NCBI RefSeq assembly: GCF_035652035.1
Contig: NZ_DASREO010000097.1
Coordinates: forward strand, 310-64,309
Length of the DNA stretch: 64,000 nt
From: Bradyrhizobium sp.
GTDB taxonomy: Bacteria; Pseudomonadota; Alphaproteobacteria; Rhizobiales; Xanthobacteraceae
Direction of reading: 5' to 3'
In this document: positions 11,001 through 20,469 of the stretch, piece by piece
Position numbering within the stretch: position 1 is the stretch's first letter
Layout: the number at the start of each line of letters is the position of its first letter
Made by a program: the position numbers and the translations under genes
The notes under the pieces: generated by a model
Told to the model about the DNA's origin: nothing
Seen by the model: only the letters and a program-made list of their open reading frames with translations
Database searches by the model: none

Positions 11001-11554
11001 AATTCGACATAGAGCCGATCGCCAAACAAGCTCGCAAGACGCTCGCAGCGCGAGGTCGCGAGCGCGGCTTGATCGGCGGCGAAGGCCAGCGAGATCGGAC
11101 CGTCCGGACCACCTGTGAGCACGATCAAGTCTTCGGCTTGTCGCTCCAGCCAATCGAACTTGATGTGTGGCGTCTGGTGAACCGGCGTCTCCAGAAACGC
11201 CCGGGAATTGAGGTTCATCAGGCTGCGGTAGCCGCGCTCACGCGCCGCGAGCAGCACGATCCGGCTTGGCGCCGCCGCCAGCGCGTTGCGGGCGTTCGGA
11301 TCCTGGTCGCCGAAGTCGACGGCAAGCTCGCAGCCCACGATTGGCTGGATGCCGTAGCCCGCCATCTTGTCGGAGAATTCCAGCGCCCCGAACATGTTGT
11401 CGGTGTCGGTGAGCGCCAGTGCCGGCTGGCGATCGGCCTTGGCCAGCTCGCCCAGCCGCGCGATCTTGATCGAGCCCTTCAGCAGCGAATAGGCAGAATG
11501 GACGTGGAGATGGACGAATCCAGGATTGGAGGATGGCGCCACGGGCTTTGACAT
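8078..11554 (-). CDS. dnaE: DNA polymerase III alpha subunit
   Basis: PHP domain FVHLHVHSAYSLL, GPGRGSGAGS, PDFDIDF, FNKSH; 1158 aa. Confidence 0.98.
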   Translation of the reverse strand: MSKPVAPSSNPGFVHLHVHSAYSLLKGSIKIARLGELAKADRQPALALTDTDNMFGALEFSDKMAGYGIQPIVGCELAVDFGDQDPNARNALAAAPSRIVLLAARERGYRSLMNLNSRAFLETPVHQTPHIKFDWLERQAEDLIVLTGGPDGPISLAFAADQAALATSRCERLASLFGDRLYVELQRHSIDKERRIEAGLIDLAYAKGLPLVATNEPYFATSDDYEAHDALLCIAGGRLIAETEREQLTPDHRFKTRAEMAVLFADIPEALSSTIEIAERCAFRPKTRKPILPRFTVGAGSHADDAAKEEAAELRRQAEEGLSRRLSVHGMSQGSSDEDYRARLAFELDVITRMNYAGYFLIVADFIKWAKAHGIPVGPGRGSGAGSLVAYALTITDLDPIRFGLLFERFLNPERVSMPDFDIDFCQDRRGEVINYVQQRYGRDQVAQIITFGTLQARGVLRDVGRVLQMPYGQVDKLTKLVPQNPAAPVTLAAAIESEPKLQAFRDEDPVVARAFDIAQRLEGLTRHASTHAAGIVIGDRPLSELVPLYRDPKSDMPVTQFNMKWVEPAGLVKFDFLGLKTLTVLDVAVKLLKQRNVEVDLPTLPLDDAPSYQMLARGDVVGVFQVESQGMRRALVDMRPDRFEDIIALVALYRPGPMANIPTYCARKHGDEEPEYLHPLLEPILKETFGVIIYQEQVMQIAQVMAGYSLGDADLLRRAMGKKIRAEMEKQRAVFVAGSVKTGVPKGQAETIFELLAKFADYGFNKSHAAAYALVSYHTAYMKAHYPVEFIAASMTLDLNNTDKLSEFRAEAQRLGIKVEAPNINRSGAVFEVANGTIFYALAALKGVGQQAVELIIEARRDGQFTSLADFASRVNPRAINKRIIESLAAAGAFDTLEPNRARVFAGADAILAACQRSHEAATSGQNDMFGGAADAPTIILPQVEPWLPAERLRREYDAIGFFLSGHPLDDYATVLKRLRVQSWAEFSRAVKTGATAGKVAATVVSRMERRTKTGNKMGIIGLSDPTGHFEAVLFSEGLAQYRDILEPGAAVLLQLGAELQGEDVRARVLHAEALDAAAAKTQKGLRIFLRDTKPLESIARRLSPPAGQSGSGDIALVLRLDMQTEIEFKLEGRFQVSPQIAGAIKAVAGVEMVETL

Positions 11555-11744
11555 ATCGCTATTGGCACTTCACGGGCTTTGAGAGGGAAAGCGCGGCGCT
11601 CGGTCAGCGACTCGCGTCTGCCTCATGGTGAAGGCTTGCAGCAGCCAAGTCCACGGCTCTGGCCAGCCCGCCCACCGCTGTCAGGCTTTTCCCCAGGGGG
11701 ACGCGGCTCGATCGCCCGGCATCGCTGGAAAGGCGCGCCAAAGC

Positions 11745-11843
11745 CTACAATTGGGGAATCAATTGCGCCCATACCGCGATCATCCCGACGAACAGCCCGA
11801 TCGATGCCAGCGCCGCTGCTTCCTCAACAAAAACCCTCAACAT
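11745..11843 (-). CDS. SOS-regulated 32-aa membrane peptide, SidA-like cell division inhibitor
   Basis: Manual ORF MLRVFVEEAAALASIGLFVGMIAVWAQLIPQL with GGGAGG SD; LexA boxes upstream; directly upstream of dnaE. Too short for the ORF track. Confidence 0.8.
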   Translation of the reverse strand: MLRVFVEEAAALASIGLFVGMIAVWAQLIPQL

Positions 11844-11861
11844 GACAGCCTCCCTTCACCA

Positions 11862-11902
11862 GAACGTAAAGAGAACATAGTTCCTCTTTTGTTCTATGGC
11901 AA
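11862..11902 (-). promoter_or_regulatory. Promoter with two alphaproteobacterial LexA boxes
   Basis: GAAC-N7-GAAC at 11862-11876 and GTTC-N7-GTTC at 11880-11894; minus-strand TTGCCA-N17-TATGTT. Confidence 0.85.
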
Positions 11903-11976
11903 GCGGCGTGTCGCCGGGCAGTCCGGAAACAGGGATCGTTGGTTAATCGGGCTCCGGGGCAGTGCCCGCCACAAAC

Positions 11977-12006
11977 AAAAACCCCGGCCAATCGGGCCGG
12001 GGTTTT
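11977..12006 (-). terminator. Intrinsic terminator (likely bidirectional) downstream of the porin gene
   Basis: AAAAACCCCGGCC-AATCG-GGCCGGGGTTTT-type GC stem flanked by A and T runs. Confidence 0.8.
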
Positions 12007-12029
12007 CGGAAGTATCGGGAGGATAGAAC

Positions 12030-12761
12030 TCAGTAACGCGCGACGACCGGTCCGCCGAACTTGTAGTTCACGCGAGCCGTGAAGAGGTCGACGTCTTCCT
12101 TGATGTGGTCGGCGATGAAGCCAGCGTTCGAGACGACGTCGTTATTGCCCATGAACAGGTGATCGTACTCGAGGCCGAACGACCAGCTCGGAGCAAAGGC
12201 ATATTCGAAGCCGACACCGACCGCGGCACCCCAGCGGGTTTCGTTGGCCGTATCGATCCCTCCGCCGACACCTGTCGTAATGGAGGTGTACTTGTTGTCG
12301 GTAACCGCGGCGCCGCCCTTCACGTAGAACAATGCGCGGTCCCAGGCATAGCCAATCTGGCCAGTGAACAGGCCGAAGGAATCGACCTTGGTTGAATTGG
12401 TTGTGTTGAGGAATTGCAGGCTGGAGTTGCTGCCCGTGAAGTCTGCCCAGTTGCCCTGCGCTTCCAGGCCGAACACCCAGGACGCCATCTGCCAGCGATA
12501 GCCGATCTGGCCACCGACCGTGCCGCCAGAAAGATTGTGGCTTCCTTCATCACCGAAGCCGTCAGCATTCCAATCAACGCGGCCGGTCGCGCCACCGCCG
12601 TTGATACCGACGTAGAAACCGCTCCAGTCATAGGCGGCTTGAACGATCGCCGGCGCCTTTGTGTAAGTCGCAGGCGCTTGAGCGGGAAGGTCCGCGGCGA
12701 CCGCCGGTGCAGCGGCGCCAACCGCGATCGCTGCCGCCGCGAGAATGGTTGCTCTTTTCAT
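12030..12761 (-). CDS. Outer-membrane protein, Omp25/RopB-like 8-stranded beta-barrel
   Basis: AADLP...YTKAP...YDWSGFYVGINGG, GGQIGYRWQ, VNYKFGGPVVARY C-terminus. Confidence 0.9.
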   Translation of the reverse strand: MKRATILAAAAIAVGAAAPAVAADLPAQAPATYTKAPAIVQAAYDWSGFYVGINGGGATGRVDWNADGFGDEGSHNLSGGTVGGQIGYRWQMASWVFGLEAQGNWADFTGSNSSLQFLNTTNSTKVDSFGLFTGQIGYAWDRALFYVKGGAAVTDNKYTSITTGVGGGIDTANETRWGAAVGVGFEYAFAPSWSFGLEYDHLFMGNNDVVSNAGFIADHIKEDVDLFTARVNYKFGGPVVARY

Positions 12762-13051
12762 TTCCGATATCCCTGCTTTCGAAGCTGTCTGTGCCCCAGT
12801 GCCCCTGTACCGACTCTTAGCAGCGTTCCGTCGAAATGCTGTAACTCGGACGCCACATCTGAGCGGAAATCCACATTACAAAAGTTTTAGAAACCCTTGT
12901 TCCACAAGGGTTTCTCGAAACATTTGGTTACAAATAAGCGCCACATTTTCGCCCAAGAATCCGCGCGCCCCGGTTCCGTAAAACCGAGGCGCGCAATCAA
13001 AACTTTCTTCGCGTGATTCGAAGCAGTCGGGCAGCTGCCCAGCCGCGATCG

Positions 13052-13255
13052 CTAGTTGGACCTGAGCGACGTTTCGAAGGTTTTTTCCGGCTGAACCGTC
13101 AGACGAATCGCAACATCGGTCGAACCATCGAACGTCTCGAGGACCTCGTTGCAGAGCAAGCAGCGATACTCGCCCTTGGCGCCACGCTGGGTCGTCAGCT
13201 CGATACGCCGATAGCCGGCATGACACACGGGACAGGTGAGATCTGATTTTTTCAT
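13052..13255 (-). CDS. Small zinc-ribbon-like hypothetical protein (67 aa)
   Basis: MKKSDLTCPVC...YRCLLC: two CxxC motifs. Confidence 0.6.
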   Translation of the reverse strand: MKKSDLTCPVCHAGYRRIELTTQRGAKGEYRCLLCNEVLETFDGSTDVAIRLTVQPEKTFETSLRSN

Positions 13256-13406
13256 GCGGAGATACTGTGGCTTGTGGGTCCCTCCCAGGATAATGCCCCG
13301 CGCCGAGGAAGCTTTCCAGCCCCCGGCCACATCACATTTCCTTCTTGGAACATTCATCCCGCGTGGGAACATCTTTGGAAGCGGTTTCGCCGCTGATCTG
13401 ATGTCC

Positions 13407-14117
13407 TCAGTCGAGTTCGACGACCTCGCCGTTGACGAGCGACACGCGGCGGTCCATGCGGCCGGCCAGTTCCATGTTGTGGGTCGCGATCAGCATCGCC
13501 ACCCGCGTTGCCTTGACGAGCTGCATCAAGGCCTGGAACACGTGATCGGCGGTATGCGGGTCCAGGTTGCCGGTGGGCTCGTCAGCCAGAAGCGCTCGCG
13601 GCGCATTGGCCACGGCGCGGGCAATCGCCACCCGCTGCTGCTCGCCGCCGGACAGTTCCGCCGGCCGATGTTTGATCCGGTCGCCGAGCCCGAGATAGGA
13701 CAGAATCTCCGTCGCGCGCTTGACGGTCTCGGATCGCTTCAAGCCGCGGATCATCTGCGGCAGCATGACGTTTTCCAGCGCCGAAAACTCCGGCAGCAGC
13801 CGATGCGACTGATAGACAAAGCCGATTTCGGTGCGGCGAATCTGCGTCCGGTCGATATCGGGCAGACCTGAGGTCGGCGTTCCCCCGACATAGACCTCGC
13901 CATCGTCGGGCGTCTCAAGCAGGCCCGCAATGTGCAGCAGCGTCGATTTGCCGGTGCCCGAGGGCGCCACCAGCGCAACCGACTGGCCCGCCCACAGTGC
14001 GAGTTTGGCACCGTTGAGGATCACCAGCGGCGTTGCGCCTTGCATGTACTGTCGCTTGATCTCGTGGAGATAAACGACCGGTACCTCCTCAGCCCCCTCA
14101 CCCATCTTGTCCCTCAC
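13407..14117 (-). CDS. lolD: Lipoprotein-releasing ABC transporter ATPase
   Basis: [33 protein letters not shown]; overlaps the permease stop codon. Confidence 0.93.
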   Translation of the reverse strand: MRDKMGEGAEEVPVVYLHEIKRQYMQGATPLVILNGAKLALWAGQSVALVAPSGTGKSTLLHIAGLLETPDDGEVYVGGTPTSGLPDIDRTQIRRTEIGFVYQSHRLLPEFSALENVMLPQMIRGLKRSETVKRATEILSYLGLGDRIKHRPAELSGGEQQRVAIARAVANAPRALLADEPTGNLDPHTADHVFQALMQLVKATRVAMLIATHNMELAGRMDRRVSLVNGEVVELD

Positions 14118-15394
14118 TCGTACCGCAGCGCTTCGACAGGGTCGAGGCGGGCGGCACGCCAGGATGGATAGAGCGTAGCGAGGAACGACAAGGTCAGCGC
14201 CATGATCACGACGGCGCTGGTTTCACCGAAATCGACCTCGGCCGGCAACTTGGAAAGAAAATACAGCGTCGGGTCGAATATTTCGGTCGCGGTGACCCAG
14301 GACAGAAATTGCCGGATCGATTCGATGTTGAAGCAAATCAGCATGCCGACAAAAAAGCCGACAACGGTGCCGACCACGCCGATCGATGAGCCCGTAATCA
14401 GGAAGATTCGCATGATCGCACCTTGCGAGGCGCCCATGGTGCGCAGGATCGCGATGTCGCTGCCCTTGTCCTTCACCAGCATGATCAGGCCGGAGATGAT
14501 GTTGAGCGCCGCGACCAAAACGATCAGGCTCAGGATCAGGAACATCACGTTGCGCTCGACCTGCAACGCATTGAAGAAGGTCGAGTTGCGCTGCCGCCAG
14601 TCGACCAGGAATACCGGCCGCCCGGCCGCCTCCGTCACGCTCTTGCGGAAGGCGTCAATTCTGTCGGGGTTGTTGGTGAAGACCTCGATCGCGGTCACGT
14701 CGTTGTTGCGGTTGAAGTAGGCCTGCGCCTCCGTCAGCGGCATGAACACGAATCCGGCGTCGTACTCCGACATGCCGATCTCGAAGACGGCCGTGATCCT
14801 GTAAGGCTTGATGCGCGGCGTCGTACCCATCGGGGTCACCGCACCGCGCGGCGCGACGAGCGTGATACTGTCGCCGGCATGCAGCGACAGCGTATCGGCG
14901 AGCCGGCGGCCGATCGCCACGCCCTGCCCTTCGTCAAATCCTTCCAGCGTGCCTTGCTTGATGTTCTTGGAAATCGAGGTGAGGTTGTTGAGGTCGTCGG
15001 CGCGAATACCGCGAACCAGGACGCCCGAGGCGTTGAACGGCGAGGACGCCAACGCCTGCCCGTCCACGACCGGCGCGGCAAGGCGAATGCCCTGCACCTG
15101 ATTGATGCGGTCGGCGACGTCCTTCCAGTCGGTCAAAGGCGATTCCAGCGGTTGCACCAGAAGATGGCCATTGAGGCCAAGGATCTTGTCGAGCAGTTCC
15201 TTGCGAAAGCCGTTCATCACGGCCATCACGATGATCAGCGTCGCCACGCCCAGCATGATGCCAAGGAACGAGAATCCAGCGATGACGGAGATGAAGCCTT
15301 CGCGGCGGCGCGCCCGCAAATAGCGTCCTGACAGCAGCCACTCAAAGGGCGCGAAAGGTCGGGTTTGAACTGGCTCGCTCATGGCTTTGTCCAT
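14114..15394 (-). CDS. Lipoprotein-releasing ABC transporter permease (LolC/E family)
   Basis: RYLRARR.EGFIS...[34 protein letters not shown]. Confidence 0.93.
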   Translation of the reverse strand: MDKAMSEPVQTRPFAPFEWLLSGRYLRARRREGFISVIAGFSFLGIMLGVATLIIVMAVMNGFRKELLDKILGLNGHLLVQPLESPLTDWKDVADRINQVQGIRLAAPVVDGQALASSPFNASGVLVRGIRADDLNNLTSISKNIKQGTLEGFDEGQGVAIGRRLADTLSLHAGDSITLVAPRGAVTPMGTTPRIKPYRITAVFEIGMSEYDAGFVFMPLTEAQAYFNRNNDVTAIEVFTNNPDRIDAFRKSVTEAAGRPVFLVDWRQRNSTFFNALQVERNVMFLILSLIVLVAALNIISGLIMLVKDKGSDIAILRTMGASQGAIMRIFLITGSSIGVVGTVVGFFVGMLICFNIESIRQFLSWVTATEIFDPTLYFLSKLPAEVDFGETSAVVIMALTLSFLATLYPSWRAARLDPVEALRYE

Positions 15395-15477
15395 GTCCGA
15401 TTTTCACACGATTCGGGCCAAATGTGGCCACAACGGGCTAATTTCCCGTGCGGCCTGCGGTGGATAATCTCAATAAA

Positions 15478-16794
15478 CTAAGCCAACCGCGCCAGCACGT
15501 CCGCGGCGCTCAGGTTCTCGCGCGTCCCATCGCTTCGGCGCTTGAGCTCGAACTTGCCCTCGGCAAGACCCTTCGGACCTACGAGGATTTGCCAGGGAAT
15601 GCCAATCAAATCAGCGGCCGCAAACTTCGCGCCGGCTCGCTGGTCGGTGTCGTCGTAGAGCACCTCGACGCCCCTGACGGTCAGCTCACGATAGAGCTGC
15701 TCGCAAGCGCCGTCGGTATCTTCGGAACCCTGCTTCAAATTCAGGATCACCGCCTTGAACGGGGCCACGGCTTCCGGCCACTTGATGCCGGCGTCGTCAT
15801 GGCAGGCTTCGATGATGGCGCCCAGGAGCCGTGAGACGCCGACGCCGTACGAGCCGCTGTGAACAGCGACCTCGGCGCCATCGGGACCCGCCACCAGCGC
15901 CTTCATCGGCTCGGAATATTTGGTGCCGAAATAGAAGATCTGGCCGACCTCGATGCCGCGTGTGTGCACGCGCTTCTCCGCCGGCACTTCATGCTCGAAG
16001 CGCGCCGCATCGTGAACGTCCTCGGTCGCCGCATAGACCGACGTCCACTGCTTGATGATCGGCGTGAGGTCGCCGTCGTAATCGACACTCTCGTCGGGCA
16101 CCGGAAGATCGAGCACATCGCGGTCGCAGTAGACGCCGGATTCGCCGGTCTCCGCCAGCACGATGAATTCGTGGGAAAGATCGCCGCCGATCGGCCCGGT
16201 CTCGGCGCGCATCGGGATCGCCTTCAACCCCATGCGCGCAAACGTGCGCAGGTAAGCCACGAACATCCGGTTATAGGCGCGACGCGCGCCGGCCTCGTCG
16301 AGGTCGAACGAATAGGCGTCCTTCATCAGGAATTCGCGCCCGCGCATGACGCCGAAACGCGGCCGCTGCTCGTCGCGGAATTTCCACTGGATGTGATAGA
16401 GGTTGAGCGGAAGGTTGCGGTACGACTTGATGTAGGCGCGAAAAATCTCGGTGATCATTTCCTCATTGGTCGGCCCGTAGAGCAATTCGCGCTTGTGCCG
16501 GTCGGCGATGCGCAGCATCTCGGGGCCATAGGCGTCGTAACGGCCGCTCTCGCGCCAGAGATCGGCAAGCTGCAACGTCGGCATCAGAAGCTCGAGCGCG
16601 CCGGCACGGTTCTGTTCCTCTCGAACGATCTGTTCGATCTTCTTCAGCACCCGCAAACCCAGCGGCAGCCACGCATAAATGCCGGCCGCTTCCTGCCGGA
16701 TCATGCCCGCGCGGAGCATCAGGCGATGCGACACGATCTCCGCCTCTTTCGGATTCTCCTTCAGGATCGGGAGAAAAAAACGTGACAGTCGCAT
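15478..16794 (-). CDS. proS: Proline--tRNA ligase (short type lacking the editing insertion)
   Basis: [40 protein letters not shown]. Confidence 0.97.
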   Translation of the reverse strand: MRLSRFFLPILKENPKEAEIVSHRLMLRAGMIRQEAAGIYAWLPLGLRVLKKIEQIVREEQNRAGALELLMPTLQLADLWRESGRYDAYGPEMLRIADRHKRELLYGPTNEEMITEIFRAYIKSYRNLPLNLYHIQWKFRDEQRPRFGVMRGREFLMKDAYSFDLDEAGARRAYNRMFVAYLRTFARMGLKAIPMRAETGPIGGDLSHEFIVLAETGESGVYCDRDVLDLPVPDESVDYDGDLTPIIKQWTSVYAATEDVHDAARFEHEVPAEKRVHTRGIEVGQIFYFGTKYSEPMKALVAGPDGAEVAVHSGSYGVGVSRLLGAIIEACHDDAGIKWPEAVAPFKAVILNLKQGSEDTDGACEQLYRELTVRGVEVLYDDTDQRAGAKFAAADLIGIPWQILVGPKGLAEGKFELKRRSDGTRENLSAADVLARLA

Positions 16795-16934
16795 GAGCCT
16801 TGCCTCAGAGGAATCAGCCGAAGTTACAGGAGTTTGCGGCAGTCAAACCGGATCGGTCGCCAAAACACAAGGGCGCGAACGGGCGAAAGCTGCGATTTGG
16901 AGCGGATTTCCGGCCGTTTTGCAGCTCGATCATC

Positions 16935-17471
16935 CTACATCTTCATGCCGGAATGATCCGGCATCTTCTTCATGTCCATCTGGCCTGCACCCGCAGGGCC
17001 CATCGCGCCGATGCCTCCGACGTCGAACGTCACCGAAACCTTGCCGGCCTTTTCAAAGTCCAGCGTGACCGGCAGCTTTTCGCCCTGTTTCAGCGGGCCC
17101 TTGAGATCGAGCAGCATCAGGTGGAAGCCCCCCGGAGTCAGCTTCACGGTCTTGCCTGGCTCGATCACCAGGCCTCCGTCGACCGGGCGCATCGTCATGA
17201 CGCCGTTGTTCATGCTCATCTCGTGCACCTGCACCTTGGCGGCGATGTCGGCCGAGCCGCCGAGCAAGCGGTCCGGCACGGTCCCCTTGTTCTCAATGGT
17301 GAGATAGCCACCGCCGACCTTGGCGCCGCCGGGCGTCGCGCGGCTCCAGGCCTGGCTGATGACGAGGTCGCCGGCCTTGACGTCCTCAGCGCACGCCGGC
17401 GTCGCCGCGACGATCGCCACGAAGGCAAGACTCGAGAGCGCAGTGATGATCCGTTTCATGAGGTATTCCAT
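16935..17471 (-). CDS. Periplasmic copper chaperone PCu(A)C
   Basis: HEM...M...HLM Cu(I) motif, signal peptide, Met/His-rich tail; alternative start at 17459. Confidence 0.92.
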   Translation of the reverse strand: MEYLMKRIITALSSLAFVAIVAATPACAEDVKAGDLVISQAWSRATPGGAKVGGGYLTIENKGTVPDRLLGGSADIAAKVQVHEMSMNNGVMTMRPVDGGLVIEPGKTVKLTPGGFHLMLLDLKGPLKQGEKLPVTLDFEKAGKVSVTFDVGGIGAMGPAGAGQMDMKKMPDHSGMKM

Positions 17472-17515
17472 GTCTGCCGATTTTTCTTTTGGTTTGCGCT
17501 ACCGCAAAGAGCGTT

Positions 17516-17553
17516 GTAGCCGGGGTTGCTACGTTGACCCCGCCTACTATACT
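17516..17553 (+). promoter_or_regulatory. Candidate promoter with overlapping palindrome
   Basis: TTGCTA-N16-TATACT overlapped by the inverted repeat GTAG-C-CGGGGT-N10-ACCCCG-C-CTAC. Confidence 0.45.
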
Positions 17554-17596
17554 GACGCGCGGGAACCGATCCACGTCCTGACCATCAAATACGCTT

Positions 17597-18013
17597 GTGA
17601 GCACGCCAACCGGATCAAATCAAGGATGTGTGAGGCTGCGCCTGTTCTGGCGCAGGCTGGTTGGCGCGCTTGCGATCTATGCCTTGGTCATGCAGCCGCT
17701 GCTGCTGACGGTCGCGGGAAGCCAGCTCGCTCAAGCGTCGGTCCTGGACGAATTAACGCTCTCCCAGCTTTGCCTGCATGAGGCGGACGGCAGCCCGGTT
17801 GCGCCCGCCGACCAGCAAAAGCACCCTGCACATCAGCATTGTCTGCAATGCTTCTCCGGCGCCTTTGTCCTTCTCGGCGCCCCACAATCCGTAACGGTTG
17901 CGTTCGCCGATCGGGAGTTCCGCAAGCTGCGGCTGTCCGGACGCGACTTGCGCCTTTCTCCGGCTTCCAGATATTCGGTCGCCCGTCCGAGAGGTCCTCC
18001 ACTCAGCGTGTGA
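17597..18013 (+). CDS. DUF2946 family protein (CruR/CutF-like leader) with C-terminal RGPP motif
   Basis: N-terminal hydrophobic segment, LCLH, HCLQC (CxxC), ends ARPRGPPLSV; true start may be GTG at 17630. Confidence 0.85.
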   Translation: MSTPTGSNQGCVRLRLFWRRLVGALAIYALVMQPLLLTVAGSQLAQASVLDELTLSQLCLHEADGSPVAPADQQKHPAHQHCLQCFSGAFVLLGAPQSVTVAFADREFRKLRLSGRDLRLSPASRYSVARPRGPPLSV

Positions 18014-18076
18014 TGCAATGCAGCCCTTTGGGCTGTCCTCATCTTGCGTTCACATTTTCTGACCGGAGAAATCCCG

Positions 18077-19033
18077 ATGTCTCGGCTCTTGCCGTACACC
18101 GTCGCGGTTGCAGGCGTTATGGCGCTGACCTGCACCTCGCAAGCCCTTGCACACTGCTTCGTCGGCGCCCGTTTCTTTCCTGCGACGCTCGCGACCGACG
18201 ACCCCTGCGTCGCCGACGAGCTGTCCTTGCCAACCGTTTCCTGGTCCAAAACTGGCGACTTCCCGCCTGCCACCCAATGGGACGTTTCCGGTGAACTGTC
18301 CAAGCGTATCACCGAGAATTTCGGCGTATCGATCGGACAGGACTGGACCTCCATTCGGCAGGCCAACGGAACGCTGACGCAGGGTTTCGATAACTTCGAG
18401 ACCACGTTCCAGTATCAAATCCTCAAGAACCGCGAACATGAGCTCGCGATCCTCGCGGGCCTGATCGTCGATTGGGGACGCACCGGTTCCACGGGCTCTG
18501 GGCTCGCGACCGATTACAGTCTTGTGACGCCAACGGTCTATGTCGGGAAAGGCTTTGGCGATCTGCCGTCCGACTTTGGCTGGTTCCGTGCGTTCGCCGT
18601 GACAGGTCAGGCCGGCTATCAGATTCCGACCAGCTCGTTCGACTTCACCCAGAACGCCTTCATTCCGCAGCAACTGGTTTACGGCGCCTCACTGCAATAC
18701 AGCATGCCGTACCTGAAATCTGAGATCGTCGATCTCGGACTGCCTGACTTCATCAACCATTTGATACCGATCGTCGAGTTGAGCCTGACGACGCCAGTCG
18801 CCAACAATTTCGGCAATCCCTACACGACCACCGGCACCGTTAATCCCGGCCTCATCTATGTTGGAAGCTCGTTTCAGGTTGGGCTTGAGGCCATGATACC
18901 CGTCAACCGCGCGAGCGGAACAGGCGTCGGCGTTCTCGGTCAATTGCACATCTATCTCGACGACATGTTCCCGACGACCATCGGTCAGCCGCTGTTCGGC
19001 GGAACGGCAACGACGACTCCCCGTAAACTCTGA
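18077..19033 (+). CDS. Uncharacterised exported protein, predicted outer-membrane beta-barrel
   Basis: Signal peptide ending ALA-HCFVG; about 10 amphipathic beta-strands; GGAGA SD. Confidence 0.75.
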   Translation: MSRLLPYTVAVAGVMALTCTSQALAHCFVGARFFPATLATDDPCVADELSLPTVSWSKTGDFPPATQWDVSGELSKRITENFGVSIGQDWTSIRQANGTLTQGFDNFETTFQYQILKNREHELAILAGLIVDWGRTGSTGSGLATDYSLVTPTVYVGKGFGDLPSDFGWFRAFAVTGQAGYQIPTSSFDFTQNAFIPQQLVYGASLQYSMPYLKSEIVDLGLPDFINHLIPIVELSLTTPVANNFGNPYTTTGTVNPGLIYVGSSFQVGLEAMIPVNRASGTGVGVLGQLHIYLDDMFPTTIGQPLFGGTATTTPRKL

Positions 19034-19042
19034 GGTCACACC

Positions 19043-19396
19043 ATGCGCATCCCACTCCTTGCTAGCGCGGCTTTCCTCGCCGTGTTCGCGGCTTCTGCCG
19101 CCTACGCTCACGCCTTTCTCGACCACGCTGAGCCGCGGGTCGGAAGCACGGTATCGACAGCACCGAAAGAGGTGGTGCTTACCTTCAGTCAGAAAATCGA
19201 GCCGGCGTTCAGCTCGGTCGAGGTGAGCGATGGCAATGGCGCACGGGTAGACCAGGGCAAACCGAACGTCAGCGCGACCACCATGCGGGTCGGCCTCAAA
19301 CCATTGCAGCCGGGAACCTACAGGGTCCGTTGGCAAGTTCTGTCGACCGACACCCATTCGACCGAAGGCAATTTCACCTTTCAGGTCGGGAAGTAG
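19043..19396 (+). CDS. copC: Periplasmic copper-binding protein CopC
   Basis: Mature N-terminal His (AYA-HAFL) and DTH motif; no Met-rich Cu(I) loop. Confidence 0.93.
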   Translation: MRIPLLASAAFLAVFAASAAYAHAFLDHAEPRVGSTVSTAPKEVVLTFSQKIEPAFSSVEVSDGNGARVDQGKPNVSATTMRVGLKPLQPGTYRVRWQVLSTDTHSTEGNFTFQVGK

Positions 19397-19473
19397 ATTG
19401 ATCGTACGATTGGGGTTGCCATGAGCACGCCGGCCGCTTTTCGTTCGAAGCTGCCGGCTCGCCTCTGCCCTCG

Positions 19474-20469
19474 ATGGAGAGCATGTTGATCGATCCGCTT
19501 GTCATTGTGCGGGATATTCACCTGGCGTCGACGCTGATCGTCGCGGGCATGATCTTTTTTGATCTCTTTATCGTCGCGCCGATCTGGAAAACGCTGCCGC
19601 CCTCCGGGGTGGCGCAGAAATGCTTTCAATCATCCAGCCACAAGATTCTTTGGGCCAGCCTTGCATTGTCGATCGCATCCGCGCTCGCGTGGCTGAGCCT
19701 GCTGTCGATGCGGATCAGTGGAAAGGGCTTAGGCGACATCGTCACCGATGGCACGCTCTGGCGCGTGTTGTCGCAGACGCAATTTGGGTTCGCCTGGCAA
19801 ATACGCCTGTTGCTCGGCGGCCTCCTCGCGCTGTGCCTGTGGTTGCGCAGGGCAAATGCCGGCGTGTTTGGCCAACTTGGCTACCTTGGCCTGACCATCC
19901 TCGCCGCCTTGCTCGTGGCCGCCTATCTGGGCTCCCTTGCCTTTGCAGGTCATGGCGCTGAGGGGCTGGACGCGGCGCAGAACATCCATCTGGTCGCGGA
20001 TTTTCTGCACCTCAATGCAGCCGGCCTGTGGCTCGGCGCTCTCGTTCCCCTCGTGCTGCTGCTCGTCTATCTCGCGCGCTTTCGGGAAGACGGCTGGGCG
20101 CTGGCCGCTGCGGGGGCGGCAAGCCGCTTCTCCACATCCGGCATCCTCGCCGTCGGGGCTCTGCTGGTCAGCGGAACCATCAACGCCGCATTCCTGCTGG
20201 GCGGAATGCACAGTCTGATCGATACGGCCTACGGCCGTCTGCTGTTGCTCAAGATCGTGCTGTTCGCCGCCATGGCGGCGCTGGCCGGCTTCAACCGGCA
20301 ATACCTGTTGCCGCGCCTTCACGCTGGAACGGACCAGACATCCCTGACGGTCCGAAAGCTCATTCGCAGCACGCTGGCCGAAATCGCGTTGGGACTTGCT
20401 GTCGTTTGCATCGTCGGCCTGCTCGGCATCATGCCGCCGGCGACCGAGATGATCGGCCACGCGCACTGA
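19474..20469 (+). CDS. copD: Inner-membrane copper protein CopD
   Basis: TQFG.AW, AGHG, HL.AAGLWLG, RFS, T.YGRLLLLK motifs; about 8 TM segments. Confidence 0.9.
   Translation: MESMLIDPLVIVRDIHLASTLIVAGMIFFDLFIVAPIWKTLPPSGVAQKCFQSSSHKILWASLALSIASALAWLSLLSMRISGKGLGDIVTDGTLWRVLSQTQFGFAWQIRLLLGGLLALCLWLRRANAGVFGQLGYLGLTILAALLVAAYLGSLAFAGHGAEGLDAAQNIHLVADFLHLNAAGLWLGALVPLVLLLVYLARFREDGWALAAAGAASRFSTSGILAVGALLVSGTINAAFLLGGMHSLIDTAYGRLLLLKIVLFAAMAALAGFNRQYLLPRLHAGTDQTSLTVRKLIRSTLAEIALGLAVVCIVGLLGIMPPATEMIGHAH

Noticed and set aside
8795-11551. 918-aa plus-strand ORF opposite dnaE (also 28400-30577, 54623-57298 and many others)
   Set aside because: Antisense shadow frames produced by high-GC codon bias; no motifs, and the opposite strand holds clear genes.
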